The position numbers were made by a program, and so were the translations under genes. The notes under the pieces are model-generated. The model was not told the DNA's origin. It did no database searches and was given only the letters and a program-made list of their open reading frames with translations. Source: Umezawaea sp. (GTDB lineage: Bacteria > Actinomycetota > Actinomycetes > Mycobacteriales > Pseudonocardiaceae). From it: 64,000 nucleotides of DNA. Positions 28,222 through 38,567 of this stretch are shown one piece after another (positions within the stretch are counted from its first letter, which is position 1; each line of letters begins with the position of its first letter). The stretch lies in assembly GCF_036375055.1 (NCBI RefSeq), contig NZ_DASUSQ010000037.1:369-64368 (forward strand). The letters run 5' to 3'.

Positions 28222-28294
28222 TGGGCCGCCAGGGACTCGAACCCTGAACCAAGAGATTAAAAGTCTCCTGCTCTGCCAATTGAGCTAGCAGCCC
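28222..28294 (-). tRNA. tRNA-Lys (anticodon TTT)
   Basis: Cloverleaf GGGCTGCTAGCTCAATTGGCAGAGCAGGAGACTTTTAATCTC…GGTTCGAGTCC…GGCGGCCCA on the minus strand. CCA is not encoded. Followed by hairpin CCCCAGCTTcacaaAGCTGGGG at ~28195-28216. Confidence 0.85.
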
Positions 28295-28583
28295 TCGTGT
28301 GCAGCGTACCGACTCCGCGGTCCCCGTGGTGCAGGGTGGTCGGCTTCACCGCCCGAGCGGTCTGCCAGCCAGTGCTCCCACGCAGGTGGTGGATGCCACC
28401 CCCGGCGCCACCGTCTCAACCGGTCACCGGAACCAGTCCTTCCCGGCCTCCTCCGACCTGCCGGAACAGTCCTCGGAACCCCCGCCGACCCAGGTGATGC
28501 ACATCACAAACAAGCATCCGAATTGCACAACCGAACATCTCACCTACGTTCGTCCCGCACGACGCGAAAAGGAGTTGGTCGAA

Positions 28584-29192
28584 ATGCGCCGGAACACCGG
28601 TCGGGCACGACGCGGCGGTGTGGCGGTGGCTGTCGTGGCCGCGGTGGGTCTCCTGGCGGCGTGCAGCGTCAGGGTCGGGGAGACCGAGGGCCCCGGCGGT
28701 GGCGGCGAGACCGGCGGCGGCTCCGGCGTGAAGGGGCCCGACACGTTCACGAGCGGCGTCGCGGAGGCGGCGGAGCAGTGCGCCGAGGTGAGGGTGGCGC
28801 TCGGCGAGGCGAAGCCCGGCGAGGGCGGCCCGACGCAGATGCGGCTGCCGCTGACGATGACGAACGCGGGCGGCACGGCGTGCCTGCTGCGCGGGTTCCC
28901 CGGTGCGCGGCTGAAGGGGCAGGACAGCCAGACGTGGGACCTGACGCGGTCCGGTGCCGAGGTGGAGGACGTGCGGCTGACGCCCGGCGCGAGCACGACC
29001 GCCTACCTGACGTACCTGCCCGAGACGGGCGACCAGCGGTGGGACGTCACGACGGTGACGGTGACGCCGCCGAACACCGACGACTCTCAGGTCTTCGACT
29101 GGCCGGCCGGGTCCGTGCTCAGGCAGGACGCGGCCACGCACCCCGGCACCTACGTCGGGCCGGTCGGCGCGTGGGCCCCCGGTGCGGCCTAG
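28584..29192 (+). CDS. DUF4232-like lipoprotein
   Basis: RBS AAAAGGAG, lipobox LLAACSV, body …TNAGGTACLLRGFPGARL… typical of DUF4232. The upstream part of the ORF is non-coding-like. Confidence 0.6.
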   Translation: MRRNTGRARRGGVAVAVVAAVGLLAACSVRVGETEGPGGGGETGGGSGVKGPDTFTSGVAEAAEQCAEVRVALGEAKPGEGGPTQMRLPLTMTNAGGTACLLRGFPGARLKGQDSQTWDLTRSGAEVEDVRLTPGASTTAYLTYLPETGDQRWDVTTVTVTPPNTDDSQVFDWPAGSVLRQDAATHPGTYVGPVGAWAPGAA

Positions 29193-30169
29193 GGCCGCAG
29201 GTAGCGCTCCACGTCGAGCATCTCCCGCGGACCAGGGGGCTCGGTGGTGGCGCAGGCGGAGAGGGCCGTCGTGAGGGCGTGCGCGGACAGGTCCGTGCCG
29301 ATCAGGACGAGCTGGGTCCCGCGCGGAACGGCGCGGGGCCACGGGGTGCGGTGCAGCGACAGGTGGTCGCCGACGACCTGGAGGGCGTAGCGGTCGTCCG
29401 TGCCGAAGTCGACGAAGCCCTTCACCCGGTACAGCCCCGCCGGGCGGTCCGACAGGAAGCGCAGCAGCCCGCGCGGGCTCACCGGTGCGTCCGTCGTGTG
29501 CTCGACGCTGTCGTACAGCGCGTGCACGTGGTCGCCGTGGTCCTCGACCAGGTCCTCGAAGGACAGTTGCCCGACCGTCGGCGTGCGCGGCCGGGGGTCG
29601 AAGAGCAGGGCCGGGTCCACGCGGCCGTGGGTGGTCTCCACGACGGGCGTGCCGGGGGTGATCGCGGCGCGCACCGCGGCCAGGTCGGTGGCGCGGTCGG
29701 TCTTGTTCAGCACCACGAGGTCGGCCAGGCGCAGGTGCTTCGCCAGTTCCGGGTGGCGGGCGCTGGTCGTGGGGAACTCCGCGGCGTCCACGACGAGCAC
29801 GAGGCCGCCGTAGGTGGTGCGCGGCTGCTCGCTGGCCAGCACCAGCTTCACCATGCTCTGCGGCTCGGCCAGTCCGCTGGCCTCGATGACGATCACGTCG
29901 ACGTTCGCGGACGGCTTGGCGAGCCTGGTGAGCATGTCGTCCATGTCGGACGGGTCGACCGCGCAGCACAGGCAGCCGTTGCTCAGCGAGATGGTGGAGT
30001 CGACCTGGCTCGCGACCGTCATCGCGTCGACGTTGATGCTGCCGAAGTCGTTGACCAGGACGCCGATCCGCGTGCCGCCCGCTGTCGCCAGCAGGTGGTT
30101 GAGCAGGGTCGTCTTCCCGGAGCCGAGGAAACCCGCGACGACGATCACCGGGATCCGCTGCTTGGCCAC
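29189..30169 (-). CDS. CobW/COG0523-family metallochaperone GTPase
   Basis: VVAGFLGSGKTTLLNHLL, CxCC motif (GCLCCAV), LVLNKTD. Confidence 0.85.
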   Translation of the reverse strand: MAKQRIPVIVVAGFLGSGKTTLLNHLLATAGGTRIGVLVNDFGSINVDAMTVASQVDSTISLSNGCLCCAVDPSDMDDMLTRLAKPSANVDVIVIEASGLAEPQSMVKLVLASEQPRTTYGGLVLVVDAAEFPTTSARHPELAKHLRLADLVVLNKTDRATDLAAVRAAITPGTPVVETTHGRVDPALLFDPRPRTPTVGQLSFEDLVEDHGDHVHALYDSVEHTTDAPVSPRGLLRFLSDRPAGLYRVKGFVDFGTDDRYALQVVGDHLSLHRTPWPRAVPRGTQLVLIGTDLSAHALTTALSACATTEPPGPREMLDVERYLRP

Positions 30170-30292
30170 GCCTCCATGCTAGAGCGGCGCTGGGTGACGA
30201 ACCCGCCGCAGCGGGTGAGGGTCGACCGCAAAAATTGCGAAACGCCACGAAGTTCGAGGTCAGCTGGATAGTGTCCAGCCAACACGGCACAG

Positions 30293-30916
30293 GTGGGGGG
30301 CGCGTTGGCGGAGTTCGCGAGGACGGCGTTCGGCTACCCGACGGCGTTCCTGAGCGTGCTCCTCGTCGTGGTCGTCCTGTACTGGTCGCTGGCCGCGGTC
30401 GGGGTGCTGGACGGGGACGACGGGGTCCTCGGCGTCGAGGGCGCGCTGGCCGGGCTCGGCCTCGACGGCGTGCCCGTGACCGTCGTGCTGTCGCTGTTGA
30501 CCGCTTTCTCCTGGTTCGCCTGCCTCGGGGGCTCCGTGCTGCTCAACGGATTCGACCTGTCGTCCCCGGTCGTGATCGCGCTCGGCCTGGTCGTCCTCGT
30601 GGTGGCCGTGGTCGTCGGCCTGCTGCTCACCAGGCTGCTGGCGTGGCCGCTGCGGAAGCTGTTCCCGAACCCGCGGCAGGCCTCCCGCAACGACTTCGTC
30701 GGCAGGCCGTGCGTGATCCGCACGGGCACCGTCACCCACGACTTCGGTCAGGCCGAGGTCACCGCCTCCGACGGCTCGTCGGCCGTCGTGCAGGTGCGCC
30801 AAGCGGGACAGGACGTCCTGGTCGCGGGCAGCACCGCTCTGATCTTCGACTACGACGTCGACGGGGAGTTCTTCTGGGTCGCGCCAGTCGATTCCGCGCT
30901 CGGCCCCGACCTCTGA
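30293..30916 (+). CDS. NfeD/YqiJ-like membrane protein with C-terminal OB-fold
   Basis: Three to four TM helices, then a beta-rich tail (…GRPCVIRTGTVTHDFGQAEVTASDGSSAVVQVRQAG…) as in NfeD partners of SPFH proteins. Directly upstream of the flotillin gene. Confidence 0.6.
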   Translation: MGGALAEFARTAFGYPTAFLSVLLVVVVLYWSLAAVGVLDGDDGVLGVEGALAGLGLDGVPVTVVLSLLTAFSWFACLGGSVLLNGFDLSSPVVIALGLVVLVVAVVVGLLLTRLLAWPLRKLFPNPRQASRNDFVGRPCVIRTGTVTHDFGQAEVTASDGSSAVVQVRQAGQDVLVAGSTALIFDYDVDGEFFWVAPVDSALGPDL

Positions 30917-30932
30917 CCGCAGGGAGACCCTG

Positions 30933-33068
30933 ATGGACGTCATCACCACGGGATTCGGCATCCTCATCGCCGTCGTCGTGCTCGTCGTGCTCGTGCTGCT
31001 GTTCATGATCAGCCGCCTGTTCCGCAAGATCGAGCAGGGCAAGGCGCTGATCGTCTCCAAGGTGCGCAAGGTCGACGTGACCTTCACCGGCGCCGTCGTG
31101 CTGCCGGTGCTGCACCGCGCCGAGGTCATGGACATCTCGGTGAAGACCATCGAGATCAAGCGCGCGGGCAACGAGGGGCTGATCTGCCGCGACAACATCC
31201 GCGCCGACATCCGCATCACGTTCTTCGTGCGGGTCAACAAGACCGTCGAGGACGTCATCAAGGTCGCCCAGGCCATCGGCACCGCGCGGGCGAGCGACGA
31301 GCAGACGTTGCAGGAGCTGTTCAACGCCAAGTTCTCCGAGGCGTTGAAGACCGTCGGCAAGCAGCTCGACTTCGTCGACCTCTACACCAAGCGCGACGAG
31401 TTCCGCGACCAGATCATCCGCGTCATCGGCACCGACCTCAACGGGTACAGCCTGGAGGACGCGGCGATCGACTTCCTGGAGCAGACGCCGATGTCCCAGT
31501 TGGACCCGGCGAACATCCTGGACGCGCAGGGCATCCGCAAGATCACCGAGCTGACGGCGATCGAGCACGTGCGCACCAACGAGTTCCAGCGCAGCGAGGA
31601 GAAGGAGATCACCCGCCAGAACGTCGACGCGCGGGAGGCCATCCTCGAACTGGAGCGCAGGCAGGCGGACGCGGAGACCAAGCAGAAGCGCGAGATCGAG
31701 ACGATGCGCGCCCGCGAGGAGGCCGAGACCGCGAAGGTGCAGTCGGAGGAGCGGCTCAAGGCGAGCACCGCCCACATCCGCACCGAGGAGCAGCTCGGCA
31801 TCCAGGACCAGAACCGGGCCCGCGAGATCGCCGTGGCGGAGAAGAACCGCGAGCGCGTGATCGCCATCGAGACCGAGCGGATCGAGAAGGACCGCCAGCT
31901 CGAGGTGATCGGCCGCGAGCGGGAGACCGCGCTGGCCAGCATCTCGAAGGACAAGGAGCTGGAGGGCGAGAAGCGCGACATCGCCGAGGTGATCCGCGAG
32001 CGGATCGCGGTCGAGAAGACCGTGGCCGAGCAGGAGGAGAGCATCAAGCGCCTCCGGTCGGTCGAGGAGGCCGAGCGCTTCCGCCAGACCACGGTGATCC
32101 ACGCCGAGGCCGAGGCCCAGGAGGGCCTGGTCAAGGACATCAAGGCCGCCGAAGCCGCCGAGCTGACCGCGAAGCACAGGGCGCGCGAGGAGCTGACGCT
32201 CGCCGAGGCCAGGCAGCAGACCGCCGAGCTGGACACGCGCGCGAAGATCCGCCTCGCCGAGGGCACGCAGGCCGCCGCCGCGGCCGAGGGCCTGGCCGAG
32301 GTGCAGGTCCGCGAACGGGACGCCGAGGCGATCGAGAAGGTCGGCCGCGCGGAAGCCGCCGTCGCGCGGGAGAAGCAGCTCGCGCAGGCCGAGGGCACCG
32401 AGAAGGTCGGTCTGGCCGAGGCCGTCGTGTCGCGGGAGAAGCAGCTCGCCGAAGCCGAGGGCGCGGAGAAGGTCGGCATGGCCCAGGCCGTGGTCGAGCG
32501 CGAGAAGGCCATGGTCGCCGCCACCGCGATCCGCGAGAAGCTCAAGGGCGAGGCGGAGGGCCTCTCCGACAAGGCCGCCGCGATGAACGCGCTCGACGAC
32601 GCGACCCGCGGCCACGAGGAGTACCGGCTGCGCCTGGAGACCGAGAAGGAGGTCCGCCTCGCGGGCCTCGACGTGCAGCGCCAGCTCGCGGAGTCGCAGG
32701 CGTCCGTGCTGGCCGCGGGCCTGGAGAAGGCCGACATCGACATCGTCGGCGGCGAGAGCATGTTCTTCGACCGCGTGGTCGGCGCGATCACGATGGGCAA
32801 GAGCGTCGACGGGTTCGTCGAGCACTCCGACGTGGCCCGGAGCCTCGGCGGGTCGTGGCTCGACGGCTCCGCGGACTTCACCCAGGACATCACCAGGGTG
32901 CTCGGCTCGTTCGGCACGAACGACGTGCAGAACCTGACCGTGTCCGCGCTGCTCGTGCGGCTCATCTCGTCCGGCGGCCCGGACTCGGGCAAGCTGACGG
33001 AACTGCTGGACACCGCGAAGCGGCTGGGGCTGGCCGAGCGACCGGTCGCCGCCCTCGCGGCGAGGTGA
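30933..33068 (+). CDS. flotillin-family (SPFH/band-7, YqiK-like) protein with long EA-rich coiled coil
   Basis: N-terminal TM, SPFH domain (…LIVSKVRKVDVTFTGAVVLPVLHRAEVMDISVKTIEI…) and an extended E/A/R/K coiled coil. Confidence 0.85.
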   Translation: MDVITTGFGILIAVVVLVVLVLLFMISRLFRKIEQGKALIVSKVRKVDVTFTGAVVLPVLHRAEVMDISVKTIEIKRAGNEGLICRDNIRADIRITFFVRVNKTVEDVIKVAQAIGTARASDEQTLQELFNAKFSEALKTVGKQLDFVDLYTKRDEFRDQIIRVIGTDLNGYSLEDAAIDFLEQTPMSQLDPANILDAQGIRKITELTAIEHVRTNEFQRSEEKEITRQNVDAREAILELERRQADAETKQKREIETMRAREEAETAKVQSEERLKASTAHIRTEEQLGIQDQNRAREIAVAEKNRERVIAIETERIEKDRQLEVIGRERETALASISKDKELEGEKRDIAEVIRERIAVEKTVAEQEESIKRLRSVEEAERFRQTTVIHAEAEAQEGLVKDIKAAEAAELTAKHRAREELTLAEARQQTAELDTRAKIRLAEGTQAAAAAEGLAEVQVRERDAEAIEKVGRAEAAVAREKQLAQAEGTEKVGLAEAVVSREKQLAEAEGAEKVGMAQAVVEREKAMVAATAIREKLKGEAEGLSDKAAAMNALDDATRGHEEYRLRLETEKEVRLAGLDVQRQLAESQASVLAAGLEKADIDIVGGESMFFDRVVGAITMGKSVDGFVEHSDVARSLGGSWLDGSADFTQDITRVLGSFGTNDVQNLTVSALLVRLISSGGPDSGKLTELLDTAKRLGLAERPVAALAAR

Positions 33069-33075
33069 CGCGGCG

Positions 33076-36000
33076 GTGACGTCGACGCGGGAGCTGGACG
33101 CGGGCACCTACGAGGTGCTGCGGGCGCGGCTGGCCGAGCAGGCCGCCGCGCTCGCGAGCCGGGCCGAGGAGCTGAACGCCGAACGCCTGCGGGTGTTCGG
33201 CAGCGCCGAACTCCAGCTCATCGGCACCGAACGGATCCGCACCGCGAACAACTGCGTGCCGCGGGACTGCATCTCCGTGCCCGCGGGCACCGGAGGCACG
33301 AGCGCGGTCGGCGGCCTGATGCTGTTCGGCTACAACGTGTTCATCGGGCTCAAGCCCGAGACGACCGTGGACGACGTGTTCTCGCTGCACCGCTTCACCC
33401 GCGACGGCGACGCGTTCCGGTTCGAGGACGCGGGCCCCGACGCGCTGCCCGGCCTGCTGCGCGACCCCCGGTTCCTGCGCGACTTCGCCGAGCTGTACCG
33501 GTACTACCGCGACACCCGCCTGCTCCAGCTCCGCCGGGTGGAGAGCAAGGTGCTGGCGATCTTCCAGACCGGTGCGCGCACCGAGGACGTCCGCGTGCTG
33601 CGCTGGCGGGTCGCGCCGGACGGATCGGTGTCCTACGTGGACAACCGGGGCGAGCGCGACCACGTGTTCCCGCCCTCGCACGACTTCGAGTGGACCACGA
33701 CGGTCCGCGAGAACCACGTGCTGGGGCGGCACCCGCACATCTCGATCGAGGACGAGGTGTTCGTCGAGGCCGTCGGCGGAGACCTCACCGTCAAGGTCGA
33801 GAACAACACCGAGAGCGGCGAGGGCGTCTACCACGAGCCGGTGGACGAGCCGCTCCAGAGCCTCGCCGACGCGGACGTCCGGTACGCGCGGGTCGGGCCG
33901 CTGATCCTGCTGAAGATCCTGCCCTACAACGAGAAGACCTGGCGGCACCTGGTCTTCAACACCCGCACCAAGGGCGTGGTGCGGCTCGACGGCGTCGGCC
34001 AGGCGTGCCAGCGGCTGCCCGAGGACCAGGGGGTGATCTTCCCCGGCGGCTACTACCTGGAGACCGGGGTCAACAAGACCTTCGACACCGACGTGGAGAG
34101 CCTGGAGTTCGAGCGGGTGATCCGCTCGACCAACGGCGAGGACGTGCTCTACGTCTTCCACGCCCGCAGCGAGGGCCGGTCGCTGCTGCTGCCCTACAAC
34201 GTCATCCGCAAGGAAGTGGCCACGCCCATCCCGTGCCACGGCTACTCGCTGTTCGACGACGGCACGCTGGTCGTGTTCCGCGCCGCGTCGGAGGAGCCGA
34301 CCAGGGTGCACCCGATGCAGGTGTGGCAGACGCCGTACCTGTCGGACACCTACGCCGCCGCGCAGCCCGTCGGCACCGGCCCGCTGGACCGGGTCGGCAA
34401 CGCGGACCTGGTGCGCGGCATCTCCGACTGCCTGTCCATCTCCCGGATGGTGGGCGAGATGGCCCCCTCCACCCCGGTGTTCGAGGGGCTGATCGCCGCG
34501 TGCGCGCGGGCGTTCGACCACTACCACTGGCTCGGCGACGCCGACCTGCACGACCTGGGCACGCCGTTGTCGCAGGTGCGGGCGACGGCGGAGCAGGTGC
34601 TGGACGAGTTCGAGACCGTGCAGGCGCTCACCGACCAGGCCGCCGCGGCGCTGGAGGAGGCGAGCGCGCAGGTCGCGTCCCTGGTGCGGCAGCAGCGCGG
34701 CGAGACGCCGACGTCGGCCGACGCGTGGGTGCGCAGGCTGGTGGACCTCCGCAGGGCGCAGGGCAGGCTCGTCACGCTGCGCGAGCTGCGGTACGTCGAC
34801 CTGGCGCGGATCGACGTGCTGGTCGCCGACCTCGCCCAGGAGCTGGGCACGTCCGCGCAGCGGGCCGTCGCGCACCTCCAGCGCGAGGACGCCTTCACCG
34901 GCTACCACACCGAGATCGACGACCTGGTGGCGAAGGCGGACGCCATCGCCACCGTCGCCGAGGCCAAGCCGGTCGTGGACCGGCTGACCGAGCAGTCGCA
35001 GGGCCTGGAGGTCCTCACCGAGGTCGTCGGCTCGCTGGACATCGCCGACGCCACCGTGCGCACCGGCATCCTGGAGCGCATCGGCGAGGTGCTCGGCGGC
35101 ATCAACCGCGCACGGGCCACCGTGGACGGTCGGCGCAGGCGGCTGCTCGACACCGAGGGGCGCGCGGAGTTCGCCGCCGAGTTCGCGCTGCTGGGCCAGG
35201 CGATCACCGGCGCGCTGGCCGTCGCGGACTCGCCGCGGCGCTGCGACGAGCAGCTCGGCAGGCTGCTGCTCCAACTGGAGAACCTGGAGTCGCGGTTCAG
35301 CGACTTCGACGACTTCCTGGCGGAGCTGGGCGCGAAGCGGACCGACGTCTACGAGGCGTTCTCCTCCCGCAAGCAGGCGCTGCTGGACGAGCGCGCCCGC
35401 CGGTCGGACCGGCTCGTCGACTCCGCCGACCGCATCCTGGCCAGCGTCACCCGCCGGGTCGGCACGCTCACGTCGCTGGACGACGTGAACACCTACTTCG
35501 TCTCCGACCCGATGGTCGCGAAGCTCCGCAGCGTCGTGTCCGACCTGCGGGAACTCGGCGACCAGGTGCGCGCGGAGGAGCTGGAGGGCAGGCTCCTCGC
35601 CGCCCGCCAGGAGGCGGGGCGCTCGCTGCGCGACCGGCTCGACCTGTTCACCGACGGCGGCGAGACCATCAAGCTGGGCAAGCACCGGTTCGCGGTGAAC
35701 ACCCAGGCGGTGGACCTCACCCTGGTGCCGCAGGACGGCCGGATGTCGTTCGCCATCACCGGGACCGACTTCCGCGAACCCGTCACGGACCCGGCCTTCG
35801 CCGCCACCGAGCCGTTCTGGGACCAGCTGCTGGTGTCGGAGTCGGCCGAGGTCTACCGCGCCGAGCACCTGGCCGCGTCGATCCTCGCGGGCCACGACGA
35901 CCCGGCCGTGCTGCACGAGACCGAGCTGCTCGACGTCGTGCGCCGCGCCGCGGAGTCCCGCTACGACGAGGGGTACGAGCGCGGCGTCCACGACCACGAC

Positions 36001-37947
36001 ACCGCCCGGATCCTGGAGGTGCTGCTCCGCCTGCACGCGGGCGCGGGCGTGCTGCGCTACCCGCCGGCCGCCCGTGCCGCGGCCCAGCTGTTCTGGGCGT
36101 TCGAGGCGACCGACGACCTGAAGGCCGCCTGGACCCGCCGCGCGACGTCGCTGGACCGCGCCCGCACGGTCTTCGGCCGGTCGCGGGCGATCGACGTGCT
36201 CGCCGAGGAGATGGGCGCCGCCATCGGCGACGAGCTCGCGGGCGAGTACCTGTTCGAGGAGCTGGTCCGCGCGCCCGCGGGGTTCGCGACCAGCGCCGCC
36301 GCCCGGTCGCTGCTGGAGCGGTTCCACCGCGCGCTGGGCAGCCGCCACGAGTTCGACGAGGACCTGCGGGCGGTCGACCTGCCCGCCCGCCGCCAGCTCG
36401 TCGAGGCCTGGTTGGGCGTGTTCCTCGGCGACGAGGTCTCACCCGACCTGCCGGAGGCCGTCGCGCTGGAGCTGTGCCACGACCTGCCGCGCTACGAGTC
36501 GTCGGCCGAGCTGACCGGTGTCGTGGACGGCCTGCTGGGCACCCACCCCCGGATCGTGGACCGGAGGCTGGAGTTCCGCGTGGACGAGCTGCTCGCCAGG
36601 ACCAGGGCGTTCCGCACCGAGCGGATCCCGGCGTTCCGGTCGTACCTCAAGCAGCGCAACGAACTCGTGGCGCGCAGGAAGAAGGAGCTCCGGCTCGGCG
36701 AGTTCCAGCCGAAGGTGATGAGCGCGTTCGTCCGCAACCGGCTGCTGGACGAGGTGTACCTGCCGCTGATCGGCGACAACCTCGCCAAGCAGCTCGGCGC
36801 GGCCGGCGACGCCAAGCGCACCGACCAGATGGGCCTGCTGCTGCTCATCTCCCCGCCGGGCTACGGCAAGACGACGCTCATGGAGTACGTCGCCAACCGG
36901 CTCGGACTGATCTTCGTGAAGGTCAACGGGCCGTCGCTCGGCCACGACGTCACGTCCGTCGACCCGGCCGAGGCGCCCAACGCCACCGCGCGGCAGGAGG
37001 TCGAGAAGATCTCGTTCGCGCTGGAGATGGGCACCAACGTCCTGCTGTACCTGGACGACATCCAGCACACCTCGCCCGAGCTGCTCCAGAAGTTCATCTC
37101 CCTGTGCGACGCGCAGCGGCGGATGGAGGGCGTGTGGGACGGCGGCACCCGCACGTACGACCTGCGCGGCAAGCGGTTCGCGGTCTGCATGGCGGGCAAC
37201 CCGTACACCGAGTCCGGCAAGCGGTTCCGCGTCCCCGACATGCTGGCCAACCGCGCCGACGTGTGGAACCTCGGCGACGTCCTGTCCGGCCGCGAGGACC
37301 TGTTCGCGCTGAGCTACGTCGAGAACTCGCTCACCTCGAACCCCGTGCTCGCCCAACTGTCCACAAGGGATCGGGGGGACGTGGAGCTGCTGGTGCGGCT
37401 GGCCCGCGGCGACGACGGCGTGCGCCCGGACCAGCTCTCCCACCCGTACTCGTCGGTCGAGCTGGAGCAGGTGCTCTCGGTGCTGCGCAAGCTGGTCCGC
37501 GCCCAGGAGGTCGTGCTGGCCAACAACCGGGCCTACATCGCCTCCGCCGCGCAGGCCGACGCGTCGCGCACCGAGCCGCCGTTCCAGCTCCAGGGGTCCT
37601 ACCGCAACATGAACAAGCTGGCCGAGCGCATCGTGCCGGTGATGAACGACGAGGAGCTGGCCGCCGTCATCGACGACCACTACGTCGGGGAGGCGCAGAC
37701 CCTCACCTCCGGGGCCGAGGCGAACCTGCTGAAGCTGGGTGAGCTGCGCGGCACGCTGACCGCCGAGCAGGCGGCGAGGTGGGCCGAGGTGAAGGCCGCG
37801 TACCGCCGGGCCCTGGCGCTGGGCGGCTCGACCGACGATCCGGTGAGCCGCGCGGTCGGTGCCGTCGGCCTGCTCGCGGACCGCGTCGGCACGGCGATCG
37901 ACCGGCTGGCGGGCCCCGAGGAGCGGGGCTGGTGCGGTAACCGCTGA
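33076..37947 (+). CDS. giant (1623 aa) protein with C-terminal AAA_5-type (MoxR/McrB/dynein-like) ATPase module and ~1250-aa N-terminal region of unknown function
   Basis: Walker A LLLISPPGYGKTTLMEY, Walker B VLLYLDDIQH, sensor/Arg region FAVCMAGNPYTESGKRFRVPDMLANRADVW. Coherent coding statistics throughout. Starts 8 nt after the flotillin stop. Confidence 0.8.
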   Translation: MTSTRELDAGTYEVLRARLAEQAAALASRAEELNAERLRVFGSAELQLIGTERIRTANNCVPRDCISVPAGTGGTSAVGGLMLFGYNVFIGLKPETTVDDVFSLHRFTRDGDAFRFEDAGPDALPGLLRDPRFLRDFAELYRYYRDTRLLQLRRVESKVLAIFQTGARTEDVRVLRWRVAPDGSVSYVDNRGERDHVFPPSHDFEWTTTVRENHVLGRHPHISIEDEVFVEAVGGDLTVKVENNTESGEGVYHEPVDEPLQSLADADVRYARVGPLILLKILPYNEKTWRHLVFNTRTKGVVRLDGVGQACQRLPEDQGVIFPGGYYLETGVNKTFDTDVESLEFERVIRSTNGEDVLYVFHARSEGRSLLLPYNVIRKEVATPIPCHGYSLFDDGTLVVFRAASEEPTRVHPMQVWQTPYLSDTYAAAQPVGTGPLDRVGNADLVRGISDCLSISRMVGEMAPSTPVFEGLIAACARAFDHYHWLGDADLHDLGTPLSQVRATAEQVLDEFETVQALTDQAAAALEEASAQVASLVRQQRGETPTSADAWVRRLVDLRRAQGRLVTLRELRYVDLARIDVLVADLAQELGTSAQRAVAHLQREDAFTGYHTEIDDLVAKADAIATVAEAKPVVDRLTEQSQGLEVLTEVVGSLDIADATVRTGILERIGEVLGGINRARATVDGRRRRLLDTEGRAEFAAEFALLGQAITGALAVADSPRRCDEQLGRLLLQLENLESRFSDFDDFLAELGAKRTDVYEAFSSRKQALLDERARRSDRLVDSADRILASVTRRVGTLTSLDDVNTYFVSDPMVAKLRSVVSDLRELGDQVRAEELEGRLLAARQEAGRSLRDRLDLFTDGGETIKLGKHRFAVNTQAVDLTLVPQDGRMSFAITGTDFREPVTDPAFAATEPFWDQLLVSESAEVYRAEHLAASILAGHDDPAVLHETELLDVVRRAAESRYDEGYERGVHDHDTARILEVLLRLHAGAGVLRYPPAARAAAQLFWAFEATDDLKAAWTRRATSLDRARTVFGRSRAIDVLAEEMGAAIGDELAGEYLFEELVRAPAGFATSAAARSLLERFHRALGSRHEFDEDLRAVDLPARRQLVEAWLGVFLGDEVSPDLPEAVALELCHDLPRYESSAELTGVVDGLLGTHPRIVDRRLEFRVDELLARTRAFRTERIPAFRSYLKQRNELVARRKKELRLGEFQPKVMSAFVRNRLLDEVYLPLIGDNLAKQLGAAGDAKRTDQMGLLLLISPPGYGKTTLMEYVANRLGLIFVKVNGPSLGHDVTSVDPAEAPNATARQEVEKISFALEMGTNVLLYLDDIQHTSPELLQKFISLCDAQRRMEGVWDGGTRTYDLRGKRFAVCMAGNPYTESGKRFRVPDMLANRADVWNLGDVLSGREDLFALSYVENSLTSNPVLAQLSTRDRGDVELLVRLARGDDGVRPDQLSHPYSSVELEQVLSVLRKLVRAQEVVLANNRAYIASAAQADASRTEPPFQLQGSYRNMNKLAERIVPVMNDEELAAVIDDHYVGEAQTLTSGAEANLLKLGELRGTLTAEQAARWAEVKAAYRRALALGGSTDDPVSRAVGAVGLLADRVGTAIDRLAGPEERGWCGNR

Positions 37948-38030
37948 CCCCCTGCCGGGTTCGCGCCGTTCAGGGCCGCGAGGGGTCCACCCCGGCCGCG
38001 CGAAACCCGGTGAGGACCGCGGCCACCGCC

Positions 38031-38567
38031 CTAGCGGTCGCCGTGGCCGCAGGCGATGCCGTCGGAGTTGTCGTCCAGGTCGTGCCGGTCCTGCCCGCGG
38101 ACCTCGATGTGCCGGGACCCGTGCCGGTGCAGCCAGTCGCACTCGTCCACCAGCAGCGGGAGCAGCCACGGCACGCAGGTGCCGTGGGTGTCGTAGTCGT
38201 CGTCGCAGCCGCCCAGTTCCTCCAGCCACGGGGGGAGGTCGGTGCGCGTCGGGTCCGGTGGAGGAGGAGGAGGAGGTGGTTGCGCGGCGCTCGTCGGTGC
38301 GGGGGGCAGGTCCGCCCCGGTCGTCGTGGGTGCTCGCGGTGGCGCGGGGGGCGGTGCGGGCGGCGGTGGCGCGGCGGTCGTCGGGCCGACGCCGAGCACG
38401 CTGGTGGTGTAGGTGGCGCTGAGCACCGGTTCCGGGCCGAAGCTGCCCTGCACCTGCCGCACGTCGACGGGTTTCGGCCCGCCGGACAGCACGAGCGTGC
38501 CGATCATCGCGCCGCCGACCAGCGCTGCCCCCGTCAAGACGAGGACGCGGCGTCTGCCACTGATCAT
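38031..38567 (-). CDS. secreted Pro-rich protein with C-terminal excalibur-like calcium-binding motif
   Basis: Signal/TM VLVLTGAALVGGAMIGTLVL, polyproline stretch, C-terminal DRHDLDDNSDGIACGHGD (excalibur DxDxDGxxCE-like). Confidence 0.55.
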   Translation of the reverse strand: MISGRRRVLVLTGAALVGGAMIGTLVLSGGPKPVDVRQVQGSFGPEPVLSATYTTSVLGVGPTTAAPPPPAPPPAPPRAPTTTGADLPPAPTSAAQPPPPPPPPDPTRTDLPPWLEELGGCDDDYDTHGTCVPWLLPLLVDECDWLHRHGSRHIEVRGQDRHDLDDNSDGIACGHGDR

